21,528 bases of DNA. It comes from Bdellovibrionota bacterium. Its GTDB lineage: Bacteria > Bdellovibrionota_C > UBA2361 > OMIW01. Within the stretch, counting starts at the first letter, position 1; every line of letters starts with the position of its first letter. Below, in pieces: positions 6,487 through 16,041 of the stretch. The stretch covers positions 1 to 21,528 of the forward strand of contig JBIJBT010000048.1 in NCBI GenBank assembly GCA_044345055.1. The letters are read 5' to 3'. The notes below the pieces were generated by a model. It had not been told where the DNA came from, searched no databases, and saw only the letters and a program-made list of their open reading frames with translations. The translations under genes and the position numbers were made by a program.

Positions 6487-8379
6487 ATGAGTACTATTTT
6501 TGAGAAGAGCAAGGGAAATTCGCCATCTTCGGGGGGGGGGACTCCGGCGTCAATCGCTTCTGGGAGTGCAACTGTTAAGGAATTAGCTGATGGGTTTGTC
6601 CAGGATTATTTCCCAGGAGGAGATGCATTTCCTGATCCCCCTATTATTCTTCACGATGCTGCCCATCGCTTCAGTAACGTGTGGCCCACGGCGAGAGGTG
6701 AGGCACAGCAGACGGTCGTTGATGTTGTTGGGACAGCTCTATTACGAGAAAGATCAGGCGCCTCCGGGTTTGTCAATGATGTTGAGGCTTTGGGGAGTAA
6801 CAGACCCCTCGATGAGGTGCTCAATGATTTAGGAAAAAGCCTCGATAGTCGTGGCGCCAGAGTCCTGAACGAATGGAGAGACCCGAAGAACAGCCCTTAT
6901 CGGCACCTACCCGTAAATGACCCTCGACGTCTCCAGTTACCGCCGATGACTGGCGAGGAGATAGCTGAGCTCAGGCGGAGGGGAGTAGAATTCTATTCCC
7001 AGGTTGCCAAGCAGGTTAACGAGGCGAAAGGGAGAGGTGAGGTGGGAGATGGTCCCACAAGCTATCCCGGAGTATACACCCCTGTAAACAATCTCGCTGC
7101 ATACATCCATCAAAATCCGGATAAGATTACCATTAAAGGCGGATACTCTCGGCCGGGGACCCTCCCTTTTGGCCCAATCGAGCAGTTTATGCAGATGCCC
7201 ACCGAACCCGAGGTCGATGAGGGCCGTGCGAGGCATCACTTTGTCGAGGTCTTGAGGGAGCGTTCCCGAATGGAGCGGCAATTCATTCTCTCGAAGTCGG
7301 ATAAGTTGCCAGGCGCCCCAGTGTGGATGAGCCAAGAAGACTACCTGAAGGGCCTGCACGAGGCTCGAGAGCGAGCGAAGAAGTGGGGGGCGGCTGCAGC
7401 CGATGAGTACGAGCAGGGGGTTCGCGTTGCATTGACGCGTGAGGTCCCAGGCTATCCTACGATGCTTGTTAACGATGGATGGCCTTTGGTGGGACTAAAG
7501 GAACATGACCGGTGGGTTCGGAATTGGGTAGATTCAGGCCACGGGCAGCGTGGTTCAGCGCGGATGTGGGAATTTCGTCTCAAGGTTAATGGCACCGCCT
7601 TGCCCGGGCGAAGTGACGATGCGGCGGCTGCGGCTGCGGCTTTGAACGCCATCACGGATGCGCGAAGTTTCGGCCAAGTCAGGGAGGCGATTCGCGGAGG
7701 TGCCGTGCGCGCGGCAACTCTCGCAGGAGCAGTCCCACTGCTCGATCCAGAAGCGTGGAGAGAACTCGGCAAAGGGAATGTCGGCGCAGCTGCGCAGAGG
7801 GTAGCCACGCAAGCTGCGGCGGGTATCGCTTCATCGCCCGTTATCGGCGCCGTTACCGGAGTAGCACAGCGGGTAGCTCCGGCGGTAGTTCCTCGGCTTC
7901 TCGCGGGAGCAAATATCGTTGGTATCGCAACAGCGCCCGTTGCAGCTGTTCAAGCGTACAGTGGGTTTTTAGAGGGGTCGACGGGAACGGGGCTCAAGGA
8001 GCACTGGCAGAGACTACGCTACAAAGCTGCGGGGACACCGCCCTCTGCGATGCGAGATAAAAAAGAGTACTCTGAAGGGTGGATAACCGTACCGGGCAAG
8101 GGGCGACGGTGGCGGGATAGCGAGGGCAACTTCTTCCTCGAACAACCGGGGCCGCTGCGGGCCACCGGTGCGGACACCGCACGTCAGGTTATTCCACAGC
8201 TCTTCCCGAGAGCCGTCTCGGTTCCGGCGAACACGCCAACCGGCGTGGCAGAAATTAAACCACTTCGCTCACCACCTTCCCTCATTCAAAGGGCCCAGGA
8301 GAGACTTAGTCTGGCGAGAGAGAGTTTAAATCCCGCAAAAGGGGAGTGGGGGTTGTCAGAGCTACTCTTCGGAAGGTAA
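6487..8379 (+). CDS. Large hypothetical protein with an Ala/Gly-rich amphipathic C-terminal half
   Basis: 630-aa uninterrupted ORF; no family recognised with confidence. Confidence 0.75.
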   Translation: MSTIFEKSKGNSPSSGGGTPASIASGSATVKELADGFVQDYFPGGDAFPDPPIILHDAAHRFSNVWPTARGEAQQTVVDVVGTALLRERSGASGFVNDVEALGSNRPLDEVLNDLGKSLDSRGARVLNEWRDPKNSPYRHLPVNDPRRLQLPPMTGEEIAELRRRGVEFYSQVAKQVNEAKGRGEVGDGPTSYPGVYTPVNNLAAYIHQNPDKITIKGGYSRPGTLPFGPIEQFMQMPTEPEVDEGRARHHFVEVLRERSRMERQFILSKSDKLPGAPVWMSQEDYLKGLHEARERAKKWGAAAADEYEQGVRVALTREVPGYPTMLVNDGWPLVGLKEHDRWVRNWVDSGHGQRGSARMWEFRLKVNGTALPGRSDDAAAAAAALNAITDARSFGQVREAIRGGAVRAATLAGAVPLLDPEAWRELGKGNVGAAAQRVATQAAAGIASSPVIGAVTGVAQRVAPAVVPRLLAGANIVGIATAPVAAVQAYSGFLEGSTGTGLKEHWQRLRYKAAGTPPSAMRDKKEYSEGWITVPGKGRRWRDSEGNFFLEQPGPLRATGADTARQVIPQLFPRAVSVPANTPTGVAEIKPLRSPPSLIQRAQERLSLARESLNPAKGEWGLSELLFGR

Positions 8380-8429
8380 GAGCGTCGTATCGACGAGATG
8401 GCTCCGCATGAGAGATTCCCCGCGCCTTG

Positions 8430-8456
8430 ACCTCTATTTCTCGGAGGTGTAGTCGT
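8430..8456 (+). repeat. 27-bp palindromic repeat family A, copy 6 (degenerate)
   Basis: ACCTCTATTT-CTCGGAG-GTGTAGTCGT followed by GGGATGATGA as near copy 2. Confidence 0.7.
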
Positions 8457-8483
8457 CCGGGATGATGAATATTCCTTCCCCGA

Positions 8484-8510
8484 ACCTCCTTATCTCAGAG
8501 GCGTAGAGGT
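8484..8510 (+). repeat. 27-bp palindromic repeat family A, copy 7
   Basis: ACCTCCTTAT-CTCAGAG-GCGTAGAGGT. Confidence 0.88.
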
Positions 8511-8579
8511 CCAAGGCTGCGGTGGTGCTGGGGATGGTGGCTTTTGTTGGTGGGATGATGGTGGGGGGAGGAATGGGGA

Positions 8580-8603
8580 CCGTTGCTGCAGCAAGGGCGC
8601 TAC
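8580..8603 (-). repeat. GTAG-type REP-like hairpin (family C), copy 2
   Basis: Minus strand GTAG-CG-CCCTTGCTGCAGCAACGG with the perfect palindrome TTGCTGCAGCAA. Confidence 0.6.
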
Positions 8604-8731
8604 AGTCGGCTAAATCATAGCCCCCAGTCAGACATATTCTTCCCACTTAACTCACCATCGATAAAGGAGCGCCCACGAAACACCCCAATAATACACTGCT
8701 TCTCTTGCTCGTTCATTCATGCCTCCTACGT

Positions 8732-8810
8732 TTCGAGGACATGAATTTTGAGTCAACCGCCCCTCACGATTTGCTGAATCCTTTTCGTTCGAGGACATTT
8801 AATTTGAGGC
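8732..8810. repeat. Degenerate IS-end-like direct repeat pair (family B related)
   Basis: TTCGAGGACATGAATTTTGAGTC and TTCGAGGACATTTAATTTGAGGC 56 bp apart, the same spacing as the GAGGC pair at 6359/6415. Confidence 0.55.
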
Positions 8811-9032
8811 GCATCGCCTCACCTTCGGAATCTTCACTGTCACTGGGCCTATAATCGCAGCGCCGCGCGCGACGACCCGCACCGTGCGCCTGCTCCTGAT
8901 TCGTCCCCCGCTGATTCGTCTCATTTCCATCGGAAAAACCCAAAACCCCTTTCACTCCCGACCCCCCCCTCCTCAGTCGGGGTGCCAATCTTGGCGCACC
9001 AAAGCGGAGCATAGCCCCCCTCGTAGGAGAAC

Positions 9033-9605
9033 ATGTTTCGTAGCTCGTTCAAAGGATTATTGAAAGTTCTTCTCACAACTTTGAAGGCCAAACCCGACGA
9101 GTTGAGGCTCCCGATTTTCCTTCCGGCGCGGGACGAGGGAGTCGCGGATATGGTAATCTGTAGCGGGTTTGGCGAGAGTGTCTCGGCGGCTGCGGTGCTG
9201 AAGCAAGATTGTAATTCGGGGAATTTGAGTATGAGTCCAGAGGCGGTGTCGCGAGAAGGAAAGAGAGACCGGGGGTTAGGTGAACTGCGGACGCCTCCTG
9301 CAAACCCTGAAGCTGCTTCTCTCGGGACAGAAATGAGCGAAGTCCTCAAGGAACTGGCTGAGCTACGTCCGTCGAGGGAATTGTTGGACCTTCTGAGGGC
9401 GACGGTACATCTTGCCAAACAACAAGCCGTACAGCCCGAACCTCTGCCATCAGTCTCCCTCCCACCGGTTGTGGAACCAACCCCGCCCACTCCTAAGCTG
9501 CCGGTCGCTCCCGAAGTGACGTACCCGATTGCGCAGTTCCGTGAGCTCCAGAAACGGGTCGAGAACCTTCTACACTGCATTCTATTCAGCAATGCGTACT
9601 CGTAA
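9033..9605 (+). CDS. Hypothetical protein with a proline-rich linker (start uncertain)
   Basis: 190-aa ORF preceded by AGGAGA; helical segments flanking PEPLPSVSLPPVVEPTPPTPKLP. Confidence 0.4.
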   Translation: MFRSSFKGLLKVLLTTLKAKPDELRLPIFLPARDEGVADMVICSGFGESVSAAAVLKQDCNSGNLSMSPEAVSREGKRDRGLGELRTPPANPEAASLGTEMSEVLKELAELRPSRELLDLLRATVHLAKQQAVQPEPLPSVSLPPVVEPTPPTPKLPVAPEVTYPIAQFRELQKRVENLLHCILFSNAYS

Positions 9606-9617
9606 TGTGATAAATTC

Positions 9618-9956
9618 TTGGATGTTTTAATGTTCTTATTTTATTCTGACAAAAAAGCGGTTTGTGATGAATTTGGAAATAAGGTCTTAATTGAATTGGG
9701 CTGGTCAAAAGACAAAGAGCTGTCCGCGCTGTTCATCTTCGATGATGTTACTTGGAATATAGTCGCCATTCAGAACAAGGTGGCTGACCCGTGCGGCCGC
9801 ATGAGGCTTGGCTGGGAAGTTGTAGCCATCGCAAGTGCAACTAAGTCTCCAGAGATCACTGTGCCAAAAGATACAATCGCGGAAGCACTAAAGGCGTTTG
9901 GTTATGGCAATGGTCTCGGGCATGAAGACGATGTGCCTGTCTGTTTTAACCTTTAG
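9618..9956 (+). CDS. Small hypothetical protein
   Basis: 112-aa ORF in a relatively AT-rich patch; globular-looking composition; start uncertain. Confidence 0.45.
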   Translation: MDVLMFLFYSDKKAVCDEFGNKVLIELGWSKDKELSALFIFDDVTWNIVAIQNKVADPCGRMRLGWEVVAIASATKSPEITVPKDTIAEALKAFGYGNGLGHEDDVPVCFNL

Positions 9957-10139
9957 ACAAATAGTAGGTATGTAATTTTTGTTTTCTCTTTCGCCGTTTC
10001 ATTAAGAAGCTGGGGTTGTTCCTTGCCTGGAAAACTTGAACATAAAGGTAGTGGACATCCGTTGGCGCGCAACGCGAACGGGGGTTGGAACTTCTCTCAG
10101 TAATGAGGCATTTAAACACCAGATTCGGTTATAGCTCCC

Positions 10140-10898
10140 TCAAGGAAGATTGAGCTTCTTGAGACGAAGCAGAATGAACAGGGGCACCCGACTTGCGGTT
10201 TCGAAGAATTCAGGAAACTCTTCCCGGCATTTCTCGAGCGGGCGGGGTTCAACAAGTTCATCTACATAGAACCCTGCACTACGCACAGCACGATGCATGG
10301 TACTCAGCGAGTTGTGGAAAAAAATTACGTCAAAGGTATCTCCGAACTGCGTAACGATTTTTCTGTCCGCCAGGTAGTCACCAAAGTGCTCCGTCCGACC
10401 GTTTCCGCAGTCTCGCCTATATCCCAAAAGTCCCATCTTTTCCTTGGCGGATGTTGCCCGTTCTCCGCCCCAGTATACCGGATGGTGGGTAGAGAGGATC
10501 ACCTCACCGGAGTCCTTCAAGACTCTAGCAAACTGAGCAAGCGGATCTCTGAGATCCTGCGCATAGTGTAGAGCAAGCGAGCTAAAGACGATATCAAACG
10601 AAGCGGGCTGAAAAGTGTTAGCCAGCTCCTCCATGGGAACCTTAACAAAAGTAAGTTGCGGGAACTTCGAGGAAGCTATGGAGATCATTTCTTCCGAGTA
10701 GTCTGTTCCAACAACCTCTGCCCCGCGTTGGGCGATGAACTGGCATTCTTCACCGAATCCACAACCGACTGACAACACCCGAGCCCCGGTCAAGTTGTGG
10801 GGAAGCATTCCGTAGATCGCTGGCTTCTCGTACAAAGTATGGGCTGGACCCCGATTTTCGCCCCACTTCAAGGCTTGCTCTTTGGTATCATAAGACAA
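10140..10898 (-). CDS. Class I SAM-dependent methyltransferase
   Basis: VLSVGCGFG motif I, GTDYSEEMI, FDIVFSSLALHY, STHHP; TTG start with a GGGGGA RBS. Confidence 0.92.
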   Translation of the reverse strand: MSYDTKEQALKWGENRGPAHTLYEKPAIYGMLPHNLTGARVLSVGCGFGEECQFIAQRGAEVVGTDYSEEMISIASSKFPQLTFVKVPMEELANTFQPASFDIVFSSLALHYAQDLRDPLAQFARVLKDSGEVILSTHHPVYWGGERATSAKEKMGLLGYRRDCGNGRTEHFGDYLADRKIVTQFGDTFDVIFFHNSLSTMHRAVRSAGFYVDELVEPRPLEKCREEFPEFFETASRVPLFILLRLKKLNLP

Positions 10899-11028
10899 GT
10901 GTTATATTCCCCCGTTTGTGAGAGTTGAAAAAATAGAGCACTTTTCTGAATCACTACGAGAAATCATCAGTACTTTCAGAAATTATATGACCTAGATCGG
11001 GACTTTACCGCATCAGCTCCGACCCCCC

Positions 11029-11055
11029 CTCTCTCTACCTCAGGGGCATAGAGGT
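11029..11055 (+). repeat. 27-bp palindromic repeat family A, copy 8
   Basis: CTCTCTCTAC-CTCAGGG-GCATAGAGGT, nearly identical to copy 2; lies between the methyltransferase and GNAT genes. Confidence 0.85.
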
Positions 11056-11078
11056 AAGGGGCACTGCGTTGTCTATCC

Positions 11079-11624
11079 TTACACAAGCGCTTTTGCATAA
11101 GGATAGACAACGAACTTCCCGCGGAACAATCTCGCTTCGCCCGCTAAGTGATAGCCGTTCCGCTCGTAGAAACGTTGCGCCCCGTCGGAGCTTTCGAGCT
11201 CAACCGCAGTCATACCTAAAGCCACCGCCTTTGCTTCAAGGCTTGCAAGAATTCTAGAGCCGACTCCGCAGTTTGCTCCTGCGCCCGATACATAGCAATG
11301 CTCAATTTTTGAGCCTGGAATGCTGAGGGTACCGACACCAACCATGGTCATCGCTAGGCATGCAACGACTACATGATAATCCTCTGACGTGATGATTTTC
11401 CGTGTTTCTGTCTCAGAAAACTCAGCAATCCATTCGGCCGTCAGCTCCGGCGAATAATAGGAGAACCCCACCTCTTTCACCGACCGAATGAGCACATTCG
11501 TCACATTCACCACATCCGCCTCAGTTGCTGCTCGAATCTCAATCAAGGCACGGCTCTCCAATATTTCCGTCGGCGCAAAATGCTTCGTTTGAACAATCCA
11601 ACCCTGATAGAGGTAGACCACCAT
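11079..11624 (-). CDS. GNAT family N-acetyltransferase
   Basis: IRAATEAD start motif, CYVS...GVGSRIL motif A, AQRFYERNGY motif B; true start probably downstream of 11624. Confidence 0.88.
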   Translation of the reverse strand: MVVYLYQGWIVQTKHFAPTEILESRALIEIRAATEADVVNVTNVLIRSVKEVGFSYYSPELTAEWIAEFSETETRKIITSEDYHVVVACLAMTMVGVGTLSIPGSKIEHCYVSGAGANCGVGSRILASLEAKAVALGMTAVELESSDGAQRFYERNGYHLAGEARLFRGKFVVYPYAKALV

Positions 11625-11757
11625 TCACTGCGTCGTGAGCTATTGTCAAATCTGGTGTTCAAGAACCGGATCAAGCGGTGACCTGATTGTCTGAATTCAC
11701 CTCGATATCATCTCTGAATCTGACACCAGAAATCACCGTGGCGAGGTACCAGGCAGT

Positions 11758-12711
11758 TTATTCCTCAAGAACCTTTTTCAACGAAGCGCTAAGCGCTGCG
11801 AGATGTTTATTTTTCAGCTCCTCGGGGATATCGGGTAGGGAGAGGTAGGGATTAAAATCCTCTATCTCAAGGAGGTAAAACCGCCCATCGGAAGTCCTCG
11901 CAAAATCGAGGCGTGTTATGCCCCTGCTCATGTTGTTCCAATCGATAAAACCATCTGCTACTACCCGTTCTTCAGAAGAAGGCTGGTACGGTAGCGGTGG
12001 GCGCCATTCAGGTATCTTCGGCGGAAAATCAAGACAGTACTGAAGCTCACCGTCTACAAAGTAGAAAGAGATCTCTTTCTCTATCTCCAGAAGAGGTTGG
12101 ACTATGAACTTAGGTTCAGGGCTCGAGAAATCTTCACCGGGATCTTCGCTTAAAAGGAGGAAGTTTGAACGTGTTGCCACACTCGAGCCAAGCGAGCTGA
12201 GTCCATCGATCGGCTTTATGACGTAGTGTTCATACTCGGGAAAGGCTGAGGCCATACCCTGGCGGAGGAAGGTCGTCGGAATAATATGTTGCCCCAGTAT
12301 CCCGTCATCAGCCTTATCCTGATATAAGCGGACTAGGTGATCTTTCCCAACGATATCTCCGTGTCCGTCCGGTGAGTTGTACAAAGGCACCGTCGACGTT
12401 ACGTTTCGGTGCTCCTGTATGAATAGCCGTTTCCACGTTTGATACTCGTCATGGTCCTGATTCTCTAGAGGCCAATTCCTACCCACCATGATGACGTCAG
12501 CTTTGATGCCATCAAGAGAATCACGGTAGTCTTGGAGGGTAACTGAGAATTCTTCGCTGAGAAAATCGGCGATAATCTGATCCTCCGTATGGCCACCCAC
12601 GACTGTTTCTGAACCAACAACCACCAGCTCATTCTTATCGTTGAGGGAGAGTCGCTCGTCTACAACGTTCCTAGGATCGGTCAGAATAACTACTGAATAC
12701 CGTTGTTCCAT
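11758..12711 (-). CDS. ATP-grasp domain protein (RimK/glutathione synthase-like fold)
   Basis: YVIKPIDGLSSLG, FIVQPLLEIEKEISFYFVDG, TRLDFAR...YLLEIEDFNPYL; ATG at 12711 preferred to 12795. Confidence 0.82.
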   Translation of the reverse strand: MEQRYSVVILTDPRNVVDERLSLNDKNELVVVGSETVVGGHTEDQIIADFLSEEFSVTLQDYRDSLDGIKADVIMVGRNWPLENQDHDEYQTWKRLFIQEHRNVTSTVPLYNSPDGHGDIVGKDHLVRLYQDKADDGILGQHIIPTTFLRQGMASAFPEYEHYVIKPIDGLSSLGSSVATRSNFLLLSEDPGEDFSSPEPKFIVQPLLEIEKEISFYFVDGELQYCLDFPPKIPEWRPPLPYQPSSEERVVADGFIDWNNMSRGITRLDFARTSDGRFYLLEIEDFNPYLSLPDIPEELKNKHLAALSASLKKVLEE

Positions 12712-12867
12712 ACTCTGTCTTTTTGCCCCAGGTTCATTGATAGCGGAGAGGGCCGCCTCTTCCAACTTCCCCGCCGCGCCCCCCGCGATATCCACACCCA
12801 GCAGTATACACTAAGAGCGGAATAAAAAACGGTGATTGTCTTTTTGCTCCTCCAGCGGTCGGCGGTA

Positions 12868-12934
12868 CGAATTGCCTCAAATTAAAAGCCATTGAGGAGT
12901 TCAGTGCTTGGGAAGCTTAAAAACGCCACTGCCC
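12868..12934 (+). repeat. Solitary IS-end-like sequence (family B), inverted relative to 6359-6425
   Basis: CGAATTGCCTCAAATTAAAAGCCATTGAGGAGT...TTGGGAAGCT aligns to the reverse complement of 6359-6425. Confidence 0.8.
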
Positions 12935-13000
12935 GATTCAACTGGTCATTAAAACCCCCAAAAAAACCCCTTCCACACCCAAACGCCTTCCCAATCTTAG

Positions 13001-13027
13001 TGTCCGATAATTAAACTTTATCGGACA
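13001..13027. other. Putative site-specific recombination (resolution) site, copy 1
   Basis: TGTCCGATAA-ttaaact-TTATCGGACA: perfect 10-bp arms around an asymmetric 7-bp AT-rich spacer, the layout of tyrosine-recombinase core sites. Confidence 0.6.
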
Positions 13028-13411
13028 TTAAAGAGAAGTTAACGCCTTGCAATCCCTATAAAAACAATCTGTAATACACTATATGAGAAAGACCGCTAAA
13101 AGGTATGTTCCACGCCCTTTTTTGGCGGTATTTGAGGGTGATTTTTGGGGTTCTCTAGCTTATGTTCCACGGATATATAGCTGTAATATCAATTATCTAT
13201 AGATTCGTGGAACAGCGAAAAACTTACTTCTCGTACTACCCATCAATGTTCCACGATTCCTAACCTATTGTTACCCCCTACTGAGAAATGTGCGCAAAAT
13301 AATTTGTAATTTGAATAATTATTTTGCGCACTTTTTGCACAATTATTTTGCGCATATTTTGGCAGGGAGGTATGATATCGCCGCGACTAGTTCATTCTCC
13401 TCGGAGATTCC

Positions 13412-14857
13412 GTGTCTGAAGATATTCTTTCCGACGAGCGATTAGAGATAGCCCTCTGGCGATATGATGTGGTGAGACAGTGCCTGGATGATGAGGCTCA
13501 GGTCACGAAGGTGGCTGCTGAACGTCAGATTGCTCGCCGGACAATTCATTACTGGATTTCACGATACAAACAAGAAGGCCTCCATGGCCTTGCTCGCAAG
13601 TCGAGAAAAGATGGTGGTTCTCGCCGAACTTTCTGCCAAGAACTCGAACAACTGGTAAGGGGGTTTGCCCTTCAGCGCCCTCAGGTATCTCATGCAACAA
13701 TATATAGAAAAATCAAAGAGATCTGTATCAATAAGAATCAACCAGCACCAAGCTACCGGACGGTTTATAACATAATTCGTGAGATCCCTCCTGCTCTCTC
13801 AACCCTAGCGCTTGAGGGAACCAAAGCCTACAAAGACCGATTTGACCTCCTCCATCGCCAAGAGGCACTTCATCCCAACTCGGTGTGGCAAGCTGATCAC
13901 ACTATGTTAGATTTGTACGTACGAGAAGGTAAAAGGATCGTACGCCCGTGGCTCACCATCATAGAAGACGACTATAGCCGAATTATCGCCGGTTATTCAG
14001 TGTCGCTTAAGGCACCTTCAGCAATTCATACCGCCCTAGCGCTACGACAAGCTATCTGGCAAAAGGGGCTGCCTGGCTGGCAGGTCTGTGGTATCCCATT
14101 GGTCTTATACGTCGATCATGGCAGCGATTTTACCTCAAGACATCTCGAGCGAGCTGGTATTGAGCTCAAGATTCGTCTTATCTTTTCTCGCATTGGAGAA
14201 CCTCGGGGGAGAGGTAAAATTGAGCGCTTCTTTAACACTGTTAATCAGGTTCTTCTATCCCGTCTCCCTGGTTACGCTCCGGATGGTCATAAGCCAAAAG
14301 GAAAACTCCTCTCACTCAGCGAGTTGGAAATGGAGCTTCAGCGGTTCATAGTTGAGGAATATAACCTATCAGTACATAGCGGCACAGGAGAGTCTCCTAG
14401 GTCACGCTGGTTGGCCAGTAACTTCATCCCGATGATGCCAGAATCAATAGATAATTTAGATGTTTTGTTACTAACGTGCCCGACATCAAGAGTCGTACAC
14501 CAAGATGGAATCCGCTTTCAAGGAAGACGTTATATTTCCATCGATTTTGCCGGGATCGTCGGAGAAACGGTTACCATCCGATACGACCCACGCGATCTCT
14601 CTCAGATCAGAGTTTACTCCGGTGAAAAATTCTGCTGTTACGCTGCTTGTCCAGAATTGGGGGGAGATCCCCCGTCTCTGCAATTAATTATCAAAGCCCG
14701 AACGGAGCGACACGACGACCTCAAGGAGGTACTTCGAGAGCACAAGAAGCATATTGCAGATTCGGAACCAAAACCTCACTCATCAGGACAACCTCGTCAA
14801 CGCTCCCACAAGGAACAGAAGGCTCCGGTACGTCTAAAGCTTTACGAGTGCGACTAA
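13412..14857 (+). CDS. Mu-like DDE transposase (HTH, rve core, Mu-transposase C-terminal domain; TniA/TnsB-like)
   Basis: VWQADHT, LYVDHGSDF, RGKIERFF give D-D-E; IRYDPRDLSQIRVY C-terminal motif. Confidence 0.93.
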   Translation: MSEDILSDERLEIALWRYDVVRQCLDDEAQVTKVAAERQIARRTIHYWISRYKQEGLHGLARKSRKDGGSRRTFCQELEQLVRGFALQRPQVSHATIYRKIKEICINKNQPAPSYRTVYNIIREIPPALSTLALEGTKAYKDRFDLLHRQEALHPNSVWQADHTMLDLYVREGKRIVRPWLTIIEDDYSRIIAGYSVSLKAPSAIHTALALRQAIWQKGLPGWQVCGIPLVLYVDHGSDFTSRHLERAGIELKIRLIFSRIGEPRGRGKIERFFNTVNQVLLSRLPGYAPDGHKPKGKLLSLSELEMELQRFIVEEYNLSVHSGTGESPRSRWLASNFIPMMPESIDNLDVLLLTCPTSRVVHQDGIRFQGRRYISIDFAGIVGETVTIRYDPRDLSQIRVYSGEKFCCYAACPELGGDPPSLQLIIKARTERHDDLKEVLREHKKHIADSEPKPHSSGQPRQRSHKEQKAPVRLKLYECD

Positions 14858-15696
14858 TGATTCCCGACGAATTCGAAGAACATGAACCCCTCTTCCCTGC
14901 ATTCATAACAACCCAAGAATACAAGCGATTTTCTGAGTTTTGCAGTGCTTGTAAGAAGAGTTGCTACATCGGACTGTGCCATGGAGAACCAGGTGTCGGC
15001 AAGACTATCTCCGCCGCCCATTTCACTGGCTGGGACATTTTTGACATGCCGACCAGGCTCAATCTTTCCAAGTTCAGCGGCCCACCTCCAGATGCTATCG
15101 TTTACTGTAGGGCGCTTTATTACACCGCTCCCGTGGTCAATTCACCACCCTCGATATACCGCGAAATTGGTCGGCTTCGACAGTCACTTGATTATGTGAG
15201 GAAGAGGGCCATCGAGAACTTTAGGCGACAAGGCAAACCACTGAAATCAAGTATCCTCAAGGATGGGTACAATATTTTGGTCGTTGATGAAGCAGATCGT
15301 CTTTGCACCAATGGCTTCGAGCTTATACGAAGTATTCATGATGAAGAGAGGGTTGCCGTAATCCTCATAGGAATGCCAGGTATTGAGAGACGTCTCGCTC
15401 GACACAAGCAGCTCTACTCGCGAGTCGGGTTCCTCCACCAATTCCTCCCACTCGATGAGCAGGATGTAAGGGAAGTCATAGCGGCCCAGCTCAGTCGTAC
15501 AAAACTCAAACTAGACGAGTCACATCAAGCGGCAGAGGAGACCATTTCCTCAATCGTAAGGATAACCAGTGGCAATTTTAGGTTAATTGACCGAATATTT
15601 GATCAGATTACTCGAATAGCTGAGATTAACAGAATGCCAATAGTCAACTCTGATATGGTTGAGAGCGCTCGCTCCCTTCTAATCATCGGCAGCTAA
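14857..15696 (+). CDS. AAA+ ATPase transposition helper (TniB/TnsC-like)
   Basis: Walker A GEPGVGKT, Walker B LVVDEAD, QLYSRVGF, TSGNFR; ATG overlaps the transposase stop (TAATG). Confidence 0.92.
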   Translation: MIPDEFEEHEPLFPAFITTQEYKRFSEFCSACKKSCYIGLCHGEPGVGKTISAAHFTGWDIFDMPTRLNLSKFSGPPPDAIVYCRALYYTAPVVNSPPSIYREIGRLRQSLDYVRKRAIENFRRQGKPLKSSILKDGYNILVVDEADRLCTNGFELIRSIHDEERVAVILIGMPGIERRLARHKQLYSRVGFLHQFLPLDEQDVREVIAAQLSRTKLKLDESHQAAEETISSIVRITSGNFRLIDRIFDQITRIAEINRMPIVNSDMVESARSLLIIGS

Positions 15697-15965
15697 TGCA
15701 AGAGGTATCGATGAGGAATAACTCCTTCAAAAAGGTTGGCAAACAGCAAAGAGTATTCAAAGCTATTTCCCTGACCCACTCTGACCTCAAGGCTCTCGAC
15801 GAGATCGAGCGCAGAATCAATTACTCCACTGACGCCCGGATGCTTAATCACAGTGAGATAATGCGGGCGGGGCTTCTCTCCCTGCTCGAGTTAACATCCA
15901 CAGATCTGGCCAGGTTCATAGAGGCTGTGCCACGACTCATGCCAGGCCCCCTAAAGGGATCCTAA
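15696..15965 (+). CDS. Small hypothetical protein, possibly ribbon-helix-helix DNA-binding
   Basis: TAATG coupling to the ATPase; FKAISLT-(helix)-NHSEIMRAGL resembles an RHH pattern. Confidence 0.6.
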   Translation: MQEVSMRNNSFKKVGKQQRVFKAISLTHSDLKALDEIERRINYSTDARMLNHSEIMRAGLLSLLELTSTDLARFIEAVPRLMPGPLKGS

Positions 15966-16041
15966 CGCCCTTGGTCACAGCGATGGATGACACAACCTCT
16001 TTTGGATTGATATTCGTATATACCTTTGCTATTATGTTTGT

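Noticed and set aside
8921..9592. 223-aa minus-strand ORF
   Set aside because: Antisense shadow of 9033-9605 with an Arg/Ser/Gly-rich, non-protein-like composition.
11605..11615. ATAGAGGT half-site of repeat A near the GNAT start
   Set aside because: Only the right arm matches; no core or left arm, so it could be chance.
14647..14856. N-terminal extension of the ATPase ORF in the track
   Set aside because: It overlaps the transposase; the TAATG-coupled ATG at 14857 is the more plausible start.
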